A DNA stretch of 62,762 bases, counting the filler, from Nitrospinota bacterium (GTDB lineage: Bacteria; JAUXIQ01): NCBI GenBank assembly GCA_030620925.1. It is 5 parts of 5 records of this genome, joined end to end, with 100 filler letters (N's around TTAATTAATTAA, not from the genome) between each part and the next. Parts side by side here need not be neighbours in the genome. Positions count along the whole stretch, not along the records: positions 39,515 to 62,762 come from JAUXIQ010000004.1; 4 more parts are not named here. The stretch is one strand, 5' to 3'. This document shows, piece after piece, positions 58,762 to 62,762 of this stretch (position 1 is its first letter; every line of letters begins with the position of its first letter). Under the pieces are notes generated by a model. That model saw only the letters and a list, made by a program, of their open reading frames with translations, had not been told where the DNA came from and did no database searches. Position numbers and translations under genes: made by a program.

Positions 58762-60630
58762 ATGATACCAATGCTGGATAGAAAGATCGCCTATATTGAT
58801 CTGACCGACGGGAAAATAGACTACCAGGAAATTCCCGGCGATCTCCGCAGGAAATACCTGGGAGGCCGCGGGATTAACATGTACCTCCTCAATAAACTCG
58901 CGGGTCCGGATACTGAGCCCCTGGGCGCTGAGAACCCCCTCATCTTCGGCACCGGCATCCTCACCGCCACGCCAGGATACGGCACCGGCCGCATGAACAT
59001 CTCCGCCCGATCACCCCTCTCCGGTTACCTCGCAGACTCCAACATGGGAGGGGATATAGGCGCCGAGCTCCGTTTCGCCGGGTTCGACCACCTGGTGGTG
59101 ACCGGCAAGAGCAGCTCACCGGTCTACCTCTTCGTGAACGACGGCAGAGTCGAAATCCGCGACGCCTCCCACCTGTGGGGTAAGGATACCTTTGAGACCC
59201 AAACCGCACTCCAACAGGAGCTGGGCGATGAGCGCGCCAAATCGGCGGTCATCGGTGTGGCCGGTGAAAACCTGGTCAAATTCGCCCACATTCTCTCGGA
59301 TCAGAAAAGCTCCGCCGGCAGGGGCGGGCTGGGTGCGGTCATGGGCTCCAAGAACCTCAAGGCGGTGGCCGCCCGGGGAAAATTGGACATCCGTGTGGCC
59401 AGGCCCGCGGAGCTGCTGGATCATTTCAAGGCGGCTTGCGACGGCCTGCAAAAGAAGAAGTGGATACAGGCCCTGGGCACCCAGGGCACACCGCTATTGT
59501 TTAAATTCGGCAATCGCACCGGTCTGCTCAGCGTCCGCAACCATCAGGACAACGGCATGGGCGAGGAAGGGCGTGTCCTGGAAGCGGAAAACCTGGAGCG
59601 CTACTCAGAAGGCATGGCCGCCTGCTTCGGCTGCATAGTCCACTGCCGCCATCGACACCACATCAAGGAAGGGAAATACGCGGGCACCAGGGGCGTGGGG
59701 CCCGAGTACGGCGGCATCGGCGCTTTCGGCGCCAACATGGGCAACACCGACCTGGAGTCGATCATCTACGCCTGCGACCTGTGCAACCGGCTGGGCCTGG
59801 ACCTCTCGTCCACGGGCACTTATATCGGCTGGGCCACCGAGCTCTATCAACGGGGTATCATCACCGAAAAGGATGTGGGGTTCCCCCTGGAGTGGGGCGA
59901 GCCGGATTCCATGATAACACTCATTGATGACATCGCTCAACGACGGGGTTTCGGAGATACCCTGGCCGAGGGGACTTTCGCCAGGGATAAGATCGGCAAG
60001 GGCTCTGAAAAATATATGATGACCATAAAGAACATCCCCTGCGGCGGCACCGACGAGCGGGCGGTGAAAAGCTTCGCCTTCGGCCTGGCCGTCGCCACCC
60101 GCGGCAGCGACCACCTGCGAAGCCGTCCCGGCGTGGACCTCTTCGACCTCCCCCAGGATTTCATCAACGAGCTCTACGGCGGCTACGTATCCACCGACTA
60201 CACTTCCTACGACGGCAAGGCCAGAATGATATGGTGGCACGAGCTGCTCTACGCCGTGGTGGATTCCCTGGGTACGTGCAAGTTCCAGACAGTATTCAAC
60301 AGCCCCAACTCCCCCAAGTGGCAGGAATTCTGCGACCTGCTCCGGCTCTCATTGGGCTGGGACGACATCACGCCGCAGGAGCTGATGGACATCGGAGAAC
60401 GCATCTATACCACCGAGCGGCTGTTCATAAACAAACTGGGCCTGGGTCGAGACGACGATACGCTTCCGCGGCGCTATTTCGATGAAAAAGTCAGCAGCGG
60501 ACTGGCTAAAGACGCATACATAGACGAGGACCGTTTCCAGCAGATGCTGGACGAATACTACGAGCTGCACGGCTGGGACGCACAGGGAGCACCCACCGAG
60601 GCCACCCGTCAGCGTCTGGATATAGCTTGA
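58762..60630 (+). CDS. tungsten aldehyde:ferredoxin oxidoreductase family (AOR/WOR)
   Basis: YLGGRG, AGRGGLGAVMGSKNLKA, CFGCIVHC, DDTLP.R, YYELHGWD. Confidence 0.94.
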   Translation: MIPMLDRKIAYIDLTDGKIDYQEIPGDLRRKYLGGRGINMYLLNKLAGPDTEPLGAENPLIFGTGILTATPGYGTGRMNISARSPLSGYLADSNMGGDIGAELRFAGFDHLVVTGKSSSPVYLFVNDGRVEIRDASHLWGKDTFETQTALQQELGDERAKSAVIGVAGENLVKFAHILSDQKSSAGRGGLGAVMGSKNLKAVAARGKLDIRVARPAELLDHFKAACDGLQKKKWIQALGTQGTPLLFKFGNRTGLLSVRNHQDNGMGEEGRVLEAENLERYSEGMAACFGCIVHCRHRHHIKEGKYAGTRGVGPEYGGIGAFGANMGNTDLESIIYACDLCNRLGLDLSSTGTYIGWATELYQRGIITEKDVGFPLEWGEPDSMITLIDDIAQRRGFGDTLAEGTFARDKIGKGSEKYMMTIKNIPCGGTDERAVKSFAFGLAVATRGSDHLRSRPGVDLFDLPQDFINELYGGYVSTDYTSYDGKARMIWWHELLYAVVDSLGTCKFQTVFNSPNSPKWQEFCDLLRLSLGWDDITPQELMDIGERIYTTERLFINKLGLGRDDDTLPRRYFDEKVSSGLAKDAYIDEDRFQQMLDEYYELHGWDAQGAPTEATRQRLDIA

Positions 60631-60684
60631 GGAACCCTTTTTGGTCAAACACGATCTTTTGAAGACTCAAGAAATTTCGACTAT

Positions 60685-60878
60685 AGTCGCGCCTGGAAGG
60701 CGCTACTACAAAAGGGTGAAAGCGACGACCCCGTGTACCGCGGGGCACTCCTGTTAACGATTAAGGTTTGTATAGATTACCAGAATTTCCCTCCCTTGAC
60801 CCCGCCTGCCGCGGGGCGTTCCGCTGGAGGGGACTAAGGGAGGGTGATTAAAGGCCATCGCCCGCGGAACGCGGGGTT
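60685..60878. repeat. palindromic repeat cluster
   Basis: CCCTCCCTTGA...AAGGGAGGGTGA unit shared with 45631-45692, plus CCCCG..CGGGG hairpins. Confidence 0.7.
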
Positions 60879-60909
60879 CAGAATGGTTTCCCCCAAAAAA
60901 GGAGGAGAC

Positions 60910-61302
60910 ATGAGAATAAAAGTAGAAGCTGATAAATGCACCGGATGCCACATCTGCGAGATGGTCTGCTCACTGCATCACGAAGACGTCATCAACCTGG
61001 AGCGGGCGGCCATCCGCGTCTCCAAAGACGATTTCGGCGATTTAATCTACACCCCCATGGTCTGCCGCCAGTGCAAGAAAATGGTCTGCCTCGATGGACA
61101 CTCGGAGGGTGATCAGCAGGAACACCGCGGGAAATACAGGTGGGAGGACGCCTCCGCCATCGAAAAATGCCCCTTCAACGCCGTCTTCTCCTTCCAGGAC
61201 TCGGTGGTGCACTGCGATCTGTGCGGCGGGGAACCGCGCTGCGTGCAGTACTGCAGCGTCCAGGCCATCACCGTAGACACCGGAACGGAAGACGCCGCCT
61301 AG
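60910..61302 (+). CDS. 4Fe-4S electron-transfer subunit (AOR partner)
   Basis: CTGCHICEMVC, CRQC..C, KCP, CDLC..C...C; GGAGG RBS. Confidence 0.9.
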   Translation: MRIKVEADKCTGCHICEMVCSLHHEDVINLERAAIRVSKDDFGDLIYTPMVCRQCKKMVCLDGHSEGDQQEHRGKYRWEDASAIEKCPFNAVFSFQDSVVHCDLCGGEPRCVQYCSVQAITVDTGTEDAA

Positions 61303-61449
61303 CTTGACTCGCTTAATCGAGCTTTCCGCCTGTCCGTCAGGAACGGAATTCCATCTTACCGTTCTTTCTTTCAATGCCTTATCTATTTATCAAAGGTTTT
61401 CCTTCTTAATGTTGTGCTTAATTGCCCGAAAAATAAGAAGGGAGGGAAC

Positions 61450-62535
61450 GTGTTCAGTGATCTGACACCCACGGACGAAAGAACCGCTGAATACAGGGCG
61501 GTTGCCGACCTTTACCACGGTTTTTTTACCGGCTTCATCCTTACGCTGGTAACCCGTCGAGGAGTGCAGGATGCAGCGGAGTTTACCTACCGGCTGTTTC
61601 GCCGTAAGCATCATGAGCAGTTTCTGCCGGGTCTGGAGAAGCTGGGCATAAGCCATTTGCCCGCCCCGGTGGCTTCCGCACAATTTCACTACCTTGCCAA
61701 CAGGATAGGCGAGGTGAAAGTAGAATACATGTACGAATCCGACCGCAAAGCCTGGATTCGTTATCCCCCGCCTCGTTATGCCTGGTATGATGCGGCTATT
61801 GCGGGGATTCCCGGGGCGGTATCCCGCGCGATGGTCCGGGGCTGGCACGGAAACAACGGCGTTTCACTGGGCAACCCGCGGGTCGGCTTTGTCTGCACCA
61901 AGCAGACTATGGACGCTCAGCCAGGGCTGGAAGGCTACTTCTACGAGTATGATCACGAGCTGGAGCCGGAGGACAGGGTGAGGTTTGCGCGGGGGGAGGA
62001 AGGCCCCGATTTTGACCCGGAAGCGGCGCCGAGGCTTCCATCTCAGGACTGGCCCGAAGAAAGGCTGCACAAAGCTCTGCGCAATTTCGGCATGGATTGG
62101 TGGTGCAGCATGACGTTGGAGGCCATCGATCTGTTCGGTCCTGCCGACGCCCGTTATCTGTCCGGTCTGACGGGGACACTCATCGGCTTGCATTATTACG
62201 AACGGACGGCGCGCACCCTGGGCATCTCCGGCCGGGATGCAAACAGCTTCGCAGAGCTCATGCTGAGGATGGCGCGCGGCCAGGGGGAAGAGGCTTCCAG
62301 CGAGCGTGTCGGCGATGCCATCGTTATTCGCCAGCTCGACTGGCGAATGATGCAGGAACAGACGAACCCGCATCCAGCCGCCTTCGAAGCCTGGAACTGC
62401 CTCTGGGAAGGATTACTTTCCGCTCACAACAATCATTTGCGTCTGGATGTGCGAGGACGAATGGATTTAGGGGATGATTTCTTCGAGTGGAGGATTCTCC
62501 CGCGCCGCCCTTCAAAAATCGGCCGCAGCACCTGA
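61450..62535 (+). CDS. hypothetical protein
   Basis: Long ORF, GGAGG RBS before GTG; no motif assigned with confidence. Confidence 0.8.
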   Translation: MFSDLTPTDERTAEYRAVADLYHGFFTGFILTLVTRRGVQDAAEFTYRLFRRKHHEQFLPGLEKLGISHLPAPVASAQFHYLANRIGEVKVEYMYESDRKAWIRYPPPRYAWYDAAIAGIPGAVSRAMVRGWHGNNGVSLGNPRVGFVCTKQTMDAQPGLEGYFYEYDHELEPEDRVRFARGEEGPDFDPEAAPRLPSQDWPEERLHKALRNFGMDWWCSMTLEAIDLFGPADARYLSGLTGTLIGLHYYERTARTLGISGRDANSFAELMLRMARGQGEEASSERVGDAIVIRQLDWRMMQEQTNPHPAAFEAWNCLWEGLLSAHNNHLRLDVRGRMDLGDDFFEWRILPRRPSKIGRST

Positions 62536-62762
62536 AAAAACCTGCCATAGCAAATAGTGCGGAATTCTCAAATCGGTGATTCAGGAAAGGTCGGAGTATT
62601 ATAGTAGGATATTATTAGGAAGGAAAAAAATCCTGTTTCTTTATCACACAAAGGAGGAAACGTTCCCCTATAGAACCATTGGTAAATGGTGTTGGCCTAT
62701 AAAAGATATTGTAGTAATGTTCCCTAAGACTTCGTTAGAAGGGATTCCCGCCACCCCTGAGC

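Noticed and set aside
58720-58762. Selenocysteine readthrough fusing MoaD to AOR (same frame, TGA stop)
   Set aside because: The TGA is not at a Cys-equivalent position, no evident SECIS follows, and AOR has its own plausible start; not excluded without proteomics.

Overview
Part of a bacterial draft assembly, with gene content resembling Desulfobacterota/Nitrospinota-type anaerobes (inference). Five contigs are joined by four artificial 100-bp linkers (44 N + TTAATTAATTAA + 44 N), so adjacency across 23221-23320, 32561-32660, 36532-36631 and 39415-39514 is not biological. Most of the window is housekeeping or metabolic: tRNA-Arg(TCG), rarA, yidD, khpA, pilMNO, aroB-TPR-aroQ-pepP-efp-accBC, argF-hemW-moaA, acyl-CoA enzymes, a VWA cluster, TonB, lipB/acoX, a tungsten aldehyde-oxidoreductase operon and several TPR proteins. 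The most notable elements are: (1) a membrane-anchored PstS-like + PhnD-like double binding protein with an inserted CxxCH motif, beside a hybrid histidine kinase and with no transporter genes, a candidate undescribed oxyanion/redox sensing system; (2) a one-gene AT-rich islet bracketed by a duplicated moaA 3' end; (3) a decayed island at tRNA-Arg with a tmRNA 3'-end att remnant; (4) GTAG-type REP mosaics with smaller palindromes nested in their loops; (5) recurring sigma-28-like promoters before PilZ, GGDEF and pseudokinase genes; (6) an AOR-family enzyme with atypical active-site motifs and a MoaD with a capped GG.
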